64,000 nt of DNA from Minisyncoccia bacterium (GCA_041738235.1 JBGSQF010000013.1:63345-127344), one strand, 5' to 3'. Shown: positions 20,970-29,603, counted from the first letter of the stretch. Numbers and translations are program-made. Notes: generated by a model not told the origin, from the letters alone.

Positions 20970-21227
20970 TCATGCTTTTTGTTCATCATTTTTTTCTGCT
21001 GTGGCTCTGTCGGCACCTGAACCGTTTTTCCAACGTCCCAGTTCTTTCTTTTGGGTTCCTTGTGCGGGTTGGGGCGTTGTCTCCGAGGCAGCGGGATAGT
21101 TCTTGCTATCGGCAGCAAGGAGTTCTGCTTCGCGTATCTCTTGTTCGATCTCTTCTCTTCTTTCGGGAGTGATATCGCCTAGTGTTTCTTTTGCCATACG
21201 TAGCCACCTACCTCCTGGATCTGTCAT
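20970..21227 (-). CDS. Hypothetical protein
   Basis: 85-aa charged ORF filling the gap between + strand genes. Confidence 0.45.
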   Translation of the reverse strand: MTDPGGRWLRMAKETLGDITPERREEIEQEIREAELLAADSKNYPAASETTPQPAQGTQKKELGRWKNGSGADRATAEKNDEQKA

Positions 21228-21345
21228 AGGATTCTGTTACAGATTATAACTTTAGTATACCATATACAATATGATACAATGAAAAAGAATATCACTGAAA
21301 TGTAGAAAATTTAGCTAAAATCCTTATGACCTAGTCGATAAAGTA

Positions 21346-22251
21346 ATGTCAAAAACAGGCAAAAAAAATTCTTTTGAACAAAGGGTACTTGAGGTGGTTT
21401 CACGCATCCCTCGGGGTCTTGTTATGACCTATCGTGAGGTGGCGGAAGTCATCAATGATTCGAAGAGCGCTCGAGCAGTTGGTTCTGTACTGAGAAAGAA
21501 CAGGAATCCGGATACCCCTTGTTTTCGTGTGGTCAGATCAGATGGGTCTCCGGGACAATATAATCGGGGAAAGAAAAAAAAAGAACTTCTTTTGCGTGCA
21601 GAAGGATCATTGGACTCTCGCGGTAGGGTCCGTCGATACTTTTCTGATAGGTTTACACCGCTTTCTCAGGAAGCGGCGATGCAAAAATTACGATCGGGAG
21701 GTGTTGGGGTTATTCCAACAGACACGATCTATGGGGTGGTGTGTCGTGCAGAAGATTCGATCTCTGTCGCACGTGTTTACCAACTCAGAAAAAGGAATCC
21801 GCATAAGCCTTGCATCATTCTTATTTCTGACTATCGGGAGATGAACAACTTTGGAGTGTCGATGGATGCTGTTGACAAGCGTGTGTTTCGGGCAGTATGG
21901 CCCGGTCCAGTGAGCGTTATCGTTCCGTGTACGGAGGAACGATTTACGTATTTGCATCGTGGTGTACAAGCGCTCGCTTTTCGTTTGCCTGACGATGAAG
22001 ACCTTTTGGGGATATTGCGTGCGACAGGTCCGCTTTTGGCGCCGAGTGCTAATATTGAAGGACGGCCAGCAGCCAAAACAGTTCGGGAGGCTTATACTGT
22101 ATTTGGTCGTGGGGTAGATGTGTACATTGACGGCTTGGTTCGGGTTGGTCAATGGTCCACATTGATTGCCTGTGAAAAAGGTGGTATAGTGCTAAAACGT
22201 CCTGGAAAGGTGGATTTTTCGGATATTCAGAAGAAACTAAAGAAACTATAA
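21346..22251 (+). CDS. tsaC: MGMT/Ogt DNA-binding domain fused to Sua5/TsaC threonylcarbamoyl-AMP synthase
   Basis: N-term IPRG.VMTY..VA..ARAVG..PCFRVV; C-term PTDTIYG, KRNP.KP, WPGPVS, APSAN.EG. Confidence 0.85.
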   Translation: MSKTGKKNSFEQRVLEVVSRIPRGLVMTYREVAEVINDSKSARAVGSVLRKNRNPDTPCFRVVRSDGSPGQYNRGKKKKELLLRAEGSLDSRGRVRRYFSDRFTPLSQEAAMQKLRSGGVGVIPTDTIYGVVCRAEDSISVARVYQLRKRNPHKPCIILISDYREMNNFGVSMDAVDKRVFRAVWPGPVSVIVPCTEERFTYLHRGVQALAFRLPDDEDLLGILRATGPLLAPSANIEGRPAAKTVREAYTVFGRGVDVYIDGLVRVGQWSTLIACEKGGIVLKRPGKVDFSDIQKKLKKL

Positions 22252-22255
22252 AAAT

Positions 22256-22705
22256 ATGAAAAAAGGAGTTTTTTCTCGGGTTGGTGCTATCGTTGTTTTC
22301 TCATGTGCGGCGATCGGAACTCTTTATTCAGGAATCTTGGCGTATGGGAAATTGACGACGGGTGTATGCGTTCTTGGGTCCTCATGTCCTCTTCTTTTTG
22401 GGATACCCGTATGCGTATTTGGTTTCTTTGGATTTTTGAGCGTGCTGCTTCTGTTCGGTGCGTCATACTATACTAATCGGTGGAGATCAAAAGGGGTGGT
22501 AGTCGAACTTTTCTGGATATCTTTGGCAGGAACCTTGTTTGCGCTCTACTTTTTGATTCAGGAGCTATTTTTTATTCCGGGTGCGAGTAGTGGTTTTTCA
22601 AATATTGGTCTCGGGTACCCAAGTTGCTTATATGGTCTGGTACTATTTGGAATAATATTCTTGTTCTCTCGATATGCCCTTATACATTCGGAAGATAATC
22701 TGTAA
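22256..22705 (+). CDS. Vitamin K epoxide reductase (VKOR)-like membrane protein
   Basis: C..C loop, LFGIPV..FG, four TM segments; C-terminal redox motif reduced to SCLY. Confidence 0.6.
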   Translation: MKKGVFSRVGAIVVFSCAAIGTLYSGILAYGKLTTGVCVLGSSCPLLFGIPVCVFGFFGFLSVLLLFGASYYTNRWRSKGVVVELFWISLAGTLFALYFLIQELFFIPGASSGFSNIGLGYPSCLYGLVLFGIIFLFSRYALIHSEDNL

Positions 22706-22716
22706 CAAATACTGCT

Positions 22717-24126
22717 ATGAAGTTTCGAACAATAACTCAACTGGCCAAAGAGAAGGGTGCGCAGATTCGATTTCATGAAGGGAACAATGTACACCGTTTA
22801 ACGACAGAGAAATCGGGAGATATTTTGGATATTGCAGTTCCCAAAAAAGAGGAACGTACTCGATGGAAGATGATGATGCTAGCAAGAACGATCGTAACGG
22901 TCGCTCGCCGATATGAGATAGTTAAGCTTATTCTTGTTTGGAAGGATTTCGTAGCGCTTTTTGAGGAGGAGGGGTATGACGCACAAGATCTTTTGGAGGC
23001 CTTCGTGGTCAATGCCGATATGGCGAACTATCAGTACAATCGTTACAAAGAAAAGCCGAAGGAGGGGTGGAAGATCGTGGAAGATATAGCAATACTTGTG
23101 TCATCTCAAGGACGAACAAAATTGGAAGAAACTCTCGGGCATGCAAAAAAAGTGGCTGAGGCGGTGACCATCTCGCGTGATCTCTCCAATACACCTGGTG
23201 GACACATGACGCCTGATATTTTGGCACAATCGATCAAGCGAATTATTCACGGATTACCCATACGATATAAAGTTCTCAAGGATAAGGAAATGAAACGCCT
23301 TGGTATGGGTGGAGTATTGGGTGTGGCTCAGGGTTCAAAGGCTCGTCCACGATTTATTGTTTTAGAGTACACTGGGTCCAAGAATTTGAAAGAAAAGCCG
23401 GTGGTACTTGTGGGAAAGGGTGTAACATACGATTCTGGCGGAATTGATATCAAGCCTTCCCCATATGGTCTTGAGATGAATATGGATATGTCTGGTGGGG
23501 CGGCCGTAGCTGCTTCGCTTGTAGCGCTGGCAAGGATGAAAGTAAAGAAGAATATCGTGGTGTTGATCCCTGCTGTAGAAAATATGCCTTCCGGGGAGAG
23601 CTATCGTCCGGGAGATGTGCTCAAATCCCTTTCCGGGAAAACGATCGAAGTGCTGAATACGGATGCAGAAGGAAGGATTATCTTGGCAGATGCTTTGGCA
23701 TATGCTAAGCGGTACGATCCGAAAGCCGTGATCGATGTAGCGACACTTACAGGGGCCGCGGAGGTGGCTTTGGGAAAGCGGGCTTCGGCAATATTTTCAC
23801 CCCAAGAAGATCTTTTGGAAGAGGCAAAGAAGTGTGGGGAAGAGTCAGGGGATCGTGTATGGCCCCTTCCTCTCTGGGAAGAATATGAAGGGGATGTCGC
23901 GGGTAATTTTGGAGATGTAGCTAATATGCAGACCAAGGGGTCTTGGCGTGAAGGGGGTACGATAATTGGTGCGGTATTCTTGTGGCAGTTTGCGAAGGAT
24001 CTTCGTAGGTGGTTGCACGTTGATATGGCACCTCGAATGACCCCATCGCATGACGAAATGCTCGCAAAGGGAGCAGCTGGCGCGCCAGTTCGATTTCTTA
24101 TAAGATTTGTAGAGCATTACCTCTAA
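22717..24126 (+). CDS. pepA: Leucyl aminopeptidase (M17)
   Basis: LVGKGVTYDSGG, DMSGGA, ENMPSG, NTDAEGRIILADAL, ATLTGA. Confidence 0.93.
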   Translation: MKFRTITQLAKEKGAQIRFHEGNNVHRLTTEKSGDILDIAVPKKEERTRWKMMMLARTIVTVARRYEIVKLILVWKDFVALFEEEGYDAQDLLEAFVVNADMANYQYNRYKEKPKEGWKIVEDIAILVSSQGRTKLEETLGHAKKVAEAVTISRDLSNTPGGHMTPDILAQSIKRIIHGLPIRYKVLKDKEMKRLGMGGVLGVAQGSKARPRFIVLEYTGSKNLKEKPVVLVGKGVTYDSGGIDIKPSPYGLEMNMDMSGGAAVAASLVALARMKVKKNIVVLIPAVENMPSGESYRPGDVLKSLSGKTIEVLNTDAEGRIILADALAYAKRYDPKAVIDVATLTGAAEVALGKRASAIFSPQEDLLEEAKKCGEESGDRVWPLPLWEEYEGDVAGNFGDVANMQTKGSWREGGTIIGAVFLWQFAKDLRRWLHVDMAPRMTPSHDEMLAKGAAGAPVRFLIRFVEHYL

Positions 24127-24136
24127 ACTATTTTGT

Positions 24137-24853
24137 ATGGATCAAGATCAAACACAAAATGAAGCAATCGTGCAGAGCACACCAAAGAGAGAGCCAGGAT
24201 CTCGGGAACGTCTGTTGCGTATTGCGGATGAGATGGAAAAAGGATTTCGTTTTGCGGAAACATTTGATGAAACACGTGTCGTGACGGTGTATGGAAGTGC
24301 AAGAACCAAACCTGAGGAGCAATGTTATAAAGCTGCATACGAATTAGGTAAATTGCTCGTGCAAGATGATAGCTCTATATCAGTGGTAACTGGAGGTGGT
24401 CCCGGCATCATGGAGGCAGCAAATAAGGGTGCTTTTGAGGGTGGGGGATTTTCTGTAGGATTGGGTATTCAGTTGGATCACATAGTGGAGAAACCAAATC
24501 CTTACACGACACATCGACTCGACTTTTACTATTTTTTTGCGCGAAAGGTGATCTTAGCACATATCGCACAAGGTTATGTTTTTTTCCCTGGTGGGTTTGG
24601 TACTATGGATGAGTTCTTTGAATTATCGACACTGGTAGCGACCAAGAAGATCGAGACGGTGCCAACTATTATCTTGGTCGGAAAGACCTATTGGGAAGGG
24701 TTATTTGATTGGGTTCAAAGATGTCCAATAGAAAAGTACCGCACCATATCGGAAGGTGCGCTTGATATATATACCATCACCGATGATGTTGAGGAGGCAT
24801 ATCATCTGCTTGATAAGATGCCTCTTCGTATCGGTCGTTCAGATGTTGTGTAA
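24137..24853 (+). CDS. LOG family protein (TIGR00730-like)
   Basis: YGSART, TGGGPGIMEAANKGA, PGGFGTMDEFFE. Confidence 0.92.
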   Translation: MDQDQTQNEAIVQSTPKREPGSRERLLRIADEMEKGFRFAETFDETRVVTVYGSARTKPEEQCYKAAYELGKLLVQDDSSISVVTGGGPGIMEAANKGAFEGGGFSVGLGIQLDHIVEKPNPYTTHRLDFYYFFARKVILAHIAQGYVFFPGGFGTMDEFFELSTLVATKKIETVPTIILVGKTYWEGLFDWVQRCPIEKYRTISEGALDIYTITDDVEEAYHLLDKMPLRIGRSDVV

Positions 24854-24886
24854 GAGGAGATTCATAATTATGCATAGGTCTATTGT

Positions 24887-25738
24887 ATGGTCTATATTGG
24901 CGCGCACGTATCGGCATCTGGAGGTGTAGATAAATCTATCCAAAATGCTCTAGAGATCGGTGCGAATGCGGTACAAATTTTTGGTTCTTCTCCAAGGCAA
25001 TGGGCTGTTCGGCAGATCCCAGAACAAGAGATAGGGGAATTCAAGCGCGCCTCTCTGCGTGCTAAGATGGGACCTACTTTTTTTCATGCCCCGTATCTTA
25101 TCAATCTAGGTAGTCCAAATGTAGAACTTCGAAAGAAATCGGAGAAAATGCTTTTAGAAAACTATCAAAATGCGGTAAATCTTGGTATTGCGGGGGTAAT
25201 ATTTCACATCGGTTCACGAAAAGAACTTCCTTGGGAGGAGGCAAAAGGATACGTAGTAGGATCACTCAGGCAGATATTGAAGACCGTTCCTGGGAATACG
25301 TTCCTGGCGATAGAAAATAGTGCCGGGGGAGGAAATACGGTCGGATCCACGTTGGAAGAGGTGGGAGAGGTCGTGCAGTTAGTAGATGATGAACGCCTTG
25401 CTTTTTGTTATGATACAGCGCACGGATTTGAGTCTGGTATGATCGAGCAATACACTCCAGGATCAGTGAAGGATCTCTTTTCTCGGATAGAGTATATCGT
25501 GGGAAAAGGGCGTCTTGTTGCGGTACACCTCAATGATAGTAAAACCCCATACAAGTCCAATAGCGATCGACATGAGAATATTGGAGAGGGACACATTGGT
25601 AGAGAGGGAATCAAAGCATTTGTTCAGAATAAAGATTTTCAAAAGGTTCCTTGGTATTTGGAGGTTCCCGGATTTGATGGCACAGGACCGGATAAAAAAA
25701 ATATCGAAAGAGTAAAGAATCTCATGATGGGTAAATAA
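24887..25738 (+). CDS. nfo: Endonuclease IV
   Basis: IGAHVS, HAPYLINL, IENSAG, DTAH, HLNDSK, DRHENIG.G. Confidence 0.95.
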   Translation: MVYIGAHVSASGGVDKSIQNALEIGANAVQIFGSSPRQWAVRQIPEQEIGEFKRASLRAKMGPTFFHAPYLINLGSPNVELRKKSEKMLLENYQNAVNLGIAGVIFHIGSRKELPWEEAKGYVVGSLRQILKTVPGNTFLAIENSAGGGNTVGSTLEEVGEVVQLVDDERLAFCYDTAHGFESGMIEQYTPGSVKDLFSRIEYIVGKGRLVAVHLNDSKTPYKSNSDRHENIGEGHIGREGIKAFVQNKDFQKVPWYLEVPGFDGTGPDKKNIERVKNLMMGK

Positions 25739-25745
25739 GATCCTT

Positions 25746-26084
25746 ATGTGTCCCATAATACGCAAGATCCTTCTTTTCTTCTTGGGAGTCTTCTTCTTTT
25801 TCTTGGGGGTTGTTGTGGTATTATTTGTGTTCTTTGTGAGGGTGATCGACGCAAATCACACAGAGATATATAAAACAGAAAAAGCTATTACAGTTATTCA
25901 CGATGGAGGGCATGTGAGATCGGTCATTATGTCTAATGAGGTGAAACCATGGTTCAAGTGGGTTGTGCAGAATATGGCTGGATTCATTTATCACGAGGCG
26001 ACCATCCATAATCCCAAGGGTGATGTGTTGCCGGACTCGATCGATGATACGCTTAAGGGATACATAAAAGAAAAGGTGCAATAA
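25746..26084 (+). CDS. Hypothetical membrane-anchored protein
   Basis: N-terminal hydrophobic helix, within operon. Confidence 0.6.
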   Translation: MCPIIRKILLFFLGVFFFFLGVVVVLFVFFVRVIDANHTEIYKTEKAITVIHDGGHVRSVIMSNEVKPWFKWVVQNMAGFIYHEATIHNPKGDVLPDSIDDTLKGYIKEKVQ

Positions 26085-26088
26085 GCCT

Positions 26089-26310
26089 ATGATTATAAAG
26101 GTAGAGGTCAAAACGGGTCGATCCAAAGAAAGCGTGCAAGAGATAGAAAAGGGGCGATATGTTGTTTCATTGATTGTTCGTCCTATTGAGGGAAAGGCAA
26201 ATAAAGCTCTTCAAGGGCTTATTGCTCAGTATTTTGGGGTAGCTCCTTCTTGTGTGGTGATCAATAAGGGAAAGAACAGCCGAGTAAAGAGTATCGAAGT
26301 GACTTTCTAA
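26089..26310 (+). CDS. DUF167 (YggU) family protein
   Basis: P.EGKANKAL..IA.YFGV..S.V.I.KG..SR.K. Confidence 0.88.
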   Translation: MIIKVEVKTGRSKESVQEIEKGRYVVSLIVRPIEGKANKALQGLIAQYFGVAPSCVVINKGKNSRVKSIEVTF

Positions 26311-26391
26311 AGACTTGCCTTTTATCTTAAAATAGTATATTCTCTTAAAAGAACGGAGCTTCGTGTTTTTTGTTTTTATTGCCAGATGTAT

Positions 26392-26465
26392 AGCGGGGTA
26401 GAGCAGCCAGGCAGCTCGTCGGGCTCATAACCCGGAGGTCGTGGGTTCGAATCCCACCCCCGCAA
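26392..26465 (+). tRNA. tRNA-fMet (CAT), initiator
   Basis: Cloverleaf AGCGGGG..TCGGG-CTCATAA-CCCGG..GTTCGAATC; three G-C anticodon-stem pairs, 1:72 mismatch; CCA not encoded. Confidence 0.95.
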
Positions 26466-26512
26466 CAAAATGTGACAATTAAAGAGGTTGGGTGAAGAAC
26501 CTGTTTGTTCTT

Positions 26513-26586
26513 GGCAGGGTAGCTCAGTTGGTTAGAGCGTGGGACTCATAAGCCCGAGGTCGAGAGTTCGAATCTCTCCCCTGCTA
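26513..26586 (+). tRNA. tRNA-Met (CAT), probably elongator
   Basis: GGCAGGG-TAGCTCAGTTGGTTAGAGC..CTCATAA..GTTCGAATC..CCCTGCTA. Confidence 0.9.
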
Positions 26587-26627
26587 CAAAGAGGAGAGAG
26601 GATATAATAGTGATTTACGACTCAAGT

Positions 26628-27026
26628 ATGTCTTTTGACAAGGGACCAAGAAAAGAAACGGTAAGTGGACTGTATGTACACGGTCTCGCCGACAGTAGAA
26701 AGTCTGTGGGTGCTGAGGATCGGGAAGGAAAAAAGCTTTCCGTAACGGAGCAGGTACTGGCCTCATTTAGAAATAATGAGCTCCCATCATTGGATGGAGC
26801 CCGGGTTGCTGTTGATCACATGTTGGCTCATTCCGGTATTAGTGAGAAGGACTTTTTGGAGTTTGCTACGACACATCAGGAGTCGATGAAAGAGTTTATA
26901 GAACAAGCATTACGGATCATGAGTCGAATTGATGGAGGAAGAGAGAAGGATTCCAAGGTGTTATTTGAACGATTGAGAAATACGATACCCTCCTCTGAGG
27001 AAGTTGATTATAGAAAGGCAGCCTAG
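26628..27026 (+). CDS. Hypothetical protein
   Basis: Charged helical ORF between tRNAs, with TATAAT upstream. Confidence 0.6.
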   Translation: MSFDKGPRKETVSGLYVHGLADSRKSVGAEDREGKKLSVTEQVLASFRNNELPSLDGARVAVDHMLAHSGISEKDFLEFATTHQESMKEFIEQALRIMSRIDGGREKDSKVLFERLRNTIPSSEEVDYRKAA

Positions 27027-27048
27027 AATAGAAGTGTTTTGAAAATTT

Positions 27049-27125
27049 GGACCGGTAGCTCAGTTGGTTACCCGCCCGTACCGAACGGACTCGGTACGTT
27101 CGGGCGGGGATCATCGCCCTGTCAC
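27049..27125 (+). pseudogene. Duplicated 5' half of tRNA-Asp interrupted by a 38-bp palindrome
   Basis: GGACCGGTAGCTCAGTTGGTTA [27071-27108 insert] GATCATCGCCCTGTCAC matches tRNA-Asp through the anticodon loop with 1 mismatch. Confidence 0.9.
27071..27108. repeat. Palindromic REP-like insertion
   Basis: CCCGCCC-GTACCGA-ACGGAC-TCGGTAC-GTTC-GGGCGGG nested inverted repeat. Confidence 0.85.
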
Positions 27126-27136
27126 TGTATGGTTCT

Positions 27137-27373
27137 ATGTACACCGTTTATGTTTTGCAAGATGATTCTGGAAAGTTATACAAAGGTATGACGAGTGATC
27201 TGAACAGAAGATTTGCAGAACATAGCCGGGGTAAAACGAAGACAACGAGCAAAATGAAAGATATTTTCGTTGTCTACACTGAAGAATACGTTACTCGGCT
27301 GGAAGCGCGCGCAAGAGAGAAATACCTCAAGACAGCTGCAGGTAGAAGATTTTTGAAGAAAAAGTTGCAATAA
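27137..27373 (+). CDS. GIY-YIG nuclease family protein
   Basis: MYTVYVL..LYKGMTSDLNRRF.EH..G..KTT..EARAREKYLKT.AGRRFLK. Confidence 0.92.
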   Translation: MYTVYVLQDDSGKLYKGMTSDLNRRFAEHSRGKTKTTSKMKDIFVVYTEEYVTRLEARAREKYLKTAAGRRFLKKKLQ

Positions 27374-27378
27374 TATTT

Positions 27379-27452
27379 GGACCGGTAGCTCAGTTGGTTA
27401 GAGCATCGCCCTGTCACGGCGAGGGTCGCGAGTTCGAGTCTCGTCCGGTCCG
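27379..27452 (+). tRNA. tRNA-Asp (GTC)
   Basis: GGACCGG..TCGCC-CTGTCAC-GGCGA..GTTCGAGTC..CCGGTCCG cloverleaf. Confidence 0.97.
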
Positions 27453-27454
27453 CA

Positions 27455-27497
27455 GAAATCTAAAAACGGAGTCCTTAGGGATTCCGTTTTTAGTTTC
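27455..27497 (+). terminator. Hairpin after tRNA-Asp
   Basis: CTAAAAACGGAGTCC-TTAG-GGATTCCGTTTTTAG. Confidence 0.75.
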
Positions 27498-27500
27498 CTT

Positions 27501-27673
27501 GAGGAGACGGAACGAGACGAGAACAGGGAAAGGAATCGGGGGAAAACGGGAGTTTTTCCGTTGCGGAAAGTAGGACGAAGTCCGCTCCAAACCGAGGGGT
27601 TTTTAAGGAGCGAAGCGACGTGAGATCGTCTCGTCTGTCTTACCGAAGTTTTACGTAGGCAGGTCCGGTCCGC
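27501..27673. mobile_element. Putative non-autonomous element with tRNA-Asp-3'-derived inverted ends
   Basis: 27501-27524 resembles the reverse complement of the tRNA 3' end; 27626-27673 is a direct 3'-end copy with a 30-bp palindrome at 27634-27663; internal hairpins. Confidence 0.55.
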
Positions 27674-27760
27674 TAAACGCGAAAGCAGTACCAAGAGGTG
27701 CTATTTTTGGATTTTGAACAGCGAGTAGAATCTTTTTTTGCTTTATGATACTATTAAGAT

Positions 27761-28162
27761 ATGGAAAATTATGCTGAGTATCAACAGCTCATAAGACCGT
27801 CTTGGGCACCGACTTCTTGGCTGTTTGGTCCCGTTTGGACCGTACTGTATGCTGTAATTGCGGTTACTTTTGGATATGTTGCCTATCTTTTTATTAAAAA
27901 ACAGATTCCCTTTATAGTCCTTTTTCCCTTCGCTCTCAACCTTTTGTTTAATGTTGCATTCACTCCAATACAATTTGGTTTGAAGAATAATTACTTGGCC
28001 ACCATTGATATCGTGTTTGTCCTTATTACATTGATTTGGGCGCTTACCTCGATCCATCCCCATGCTCGTTGGGTGTCGTATGCCAATATTCCCTATCTTC
28101 TTTGGGTTGTGTTTGCGACAGGGCTCCAAATCACAATAACCTTTATGAACTGGAAGCTGTAG
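27761..28162 (+). CDS. tspO: TspO/MBR tryptophan-rich sensory protein
   Basis: Y..L.RPSWAP..WLFGPVWT.LY, LN..FTP..FG, PYLLWV.FA. Confidence 0.92.
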   Translation: MENYAEYQQLIRPSWAPTSWLFGPVWTVLYAVIAVTFGYVAYLFIKKQIPFIVLFPFALNLLFNVAFTPIQFGLKNNYLATIDIVFVLITLIWALTSIHPHARWVSYANIPYLLWVVFATGLQITITFMNWKL

Positions 28163-28274
28163 GTGGAGGAAAATAATAGCTGTATAAGTGCGTAGCTCAG
28201 GAAAGAGAGGAAATATTGAAAATAATACGAGACACTGGAAAATTCAATAGGATGACTCTTGATACAATGGGGAT

Positions 28275-28781
28275 ATGAGAAAAAAAGTATTTGTCAACGA
28301 TGCGTTCCAAAAAAACTATACATACGAACGGGTTGAGCCAGTTGGAAAAAATTTTCATCGAGATTTTGCGCCACATCTTACCCCACAACAAATGCTGGCG
28401 CTCGGTGTCTTCGATGGTGTCTATTTTGGCGATAAACCAAAAGAGTTTCCGGTGACCTGGTTTAGGAAAGCGAAGCTGGCAAAAAATCATAAGCGAGACC
28501 AATCGATCAACTATTTTGGTGTTTCAGCAAGTAAACCGCTCTCGTATTGGCGCGAAAAGGGATGGATTCATCCGGATGATCCGCGCGGGTGGTTTCAGTG
28601 GTACGCTCGCTATTACCTCGGGCGACGTCACGAAGATGATGCGCGTCAGATCAAAAGATGGAAAGCATTTCGCAGACATTGGGTGCCCGTAGAAAAAATG
28701 TGCCGAACAGGAGATTTTTCGTGTCGCACAAGGCAACGACAAGCTCTCTTGCATTGGGCATACGATAGTCGTAAGATCTAG
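28275..28781 (+). CDS. Conserved hypothetical protein (DPRGWFQWY motif family)
   Basis: F.P.LTP..ML..G.F.G.Y, W..KGWI..DDPRGWFQWY.RY..GRR..DD.RQIKRW. Confidence 0.8.
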   Translation: MRKKVFVNDAFQKNYTYERVEPVGKNFHRDFAPHLTPQQMLALGVFDGVYFGDKPKEFPVTWFRKAKLAKNHKRDQSINYFGVSASKPLSYWREKGWIHPDDPRGWFQWYARYYLGRRHEDDARQIKRWKAFRRHWVPVEKMCRTGDFSCRTRQRQALLHWAYDSRKI

Positions 28782-28809
28782 TGCTTGTCAAAAGTAAAGA
28801 GTATTATAT

Positions 28810-29592
28810 ATGGAATATCGACTATTGAAGGCACGGGTGCAACATCGGCGAGAGAAACCGACAAAAAATGCCTTCGCCTATAATGTTTTCTATGTGTCTG
28901 TTCCTATTGAGAAAAAAACAAATCCGGGAGTGAGACTGTTCTCTTGGAACCGGTTTAATGTGTTGAGCGTTTCTGCACGGGATCATGGTAGGCGTGATGG
29001 GTCATCTCTTTATGCGTGGATTCATGAAAGCTTTCGGAAAGTCGGCGTGGACATAAGGGAGGATGACTTGGTAGAACTGATCACGCACCCGCGGATCTTC
29101 GGGTATGTCTTTAACCCGATATCGTTTTGGGTGTTGCGAAATGCGGAGAATCTTGTAAAAGCGGTGCTTTGCGAAGTGAATAATACATTTGGCGACGACC
29201 ATAACTATATACTTGCTCGGAGTGGTGGTGCGACGATAACCGCTCGAGACCGATTTCGCGCTGAAAAAAAACTTTTTGTCTCTCCCTTTACTCCTATGGA
29301 GGGGCATTATATATTCAATCTATCGATAGAAGAAAATCATTTTGGGGTAACGATTGTATATTATACAGGAGAAGAAGTGACACTCTCAACGCATATGGGG
29401 GGAAAATATATCCCTATGCAAAATAGGACAATCTTGAGGATGTTTTTGACACACCCTCTGATGACATGCATGGTTGTTGGACGCATCCATTGGCAAGCTA
29501 TAAAACTCTTTTTTAAGAGAGTGCCTCCGCAACTGACAACTCGTCCGGGAAAAATGCACGGAGGAGTAACGCTCGCAAGATTAGTAGAATAA
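28810..29592 (+). CDS. DUF1365 family protein
   Basis: H.R..P..N.F.Y, PRIFGYVFNPISFW, EVNNTFG, K...VSPF, IHWQA.KL. Confidence 0.92.
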   Translation: MEYRLLKARVQHRREKPTKNAFAYNVFYVSVPIEKKTNPGVRLFSWNRFNVLSVSARDHGRRDGSSLYAWIHESFRKVGVDIREDDLVELITHPRIFGYVFNPISFWVLRNAENLVKAVLCEVNNTFGDDHNYILARSGGATITARDRFRAEKKLFVSPFTPMEGHYIFNLSIEENHFGVTIVYYTGEEVTLSTHMGGKYIPMQNRTILRMFLTHPLMTCMVVGRIHWQAIKLFFKRVPPQLTTRPGKMHGGVTLARLVE

Positions 29593-29603
29593 AAAGAATA
29601 TGT

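Noticed and set aside
26540-26556. A31-G39 mismatch in the anticodon stem of the second CAT tRNA suggesting a pseudo-tRNA
   Set aside because: The rest of the cloverleaf is intact, and a single mismatch is not enough to call it non-functional.
27049-27452. tRNA-Asp with an intron encoding a homing endonuclease
   Set aside because: The downstream copy is a complete tRNA rather than a 3' exon, and no group I/II intron core is visible.
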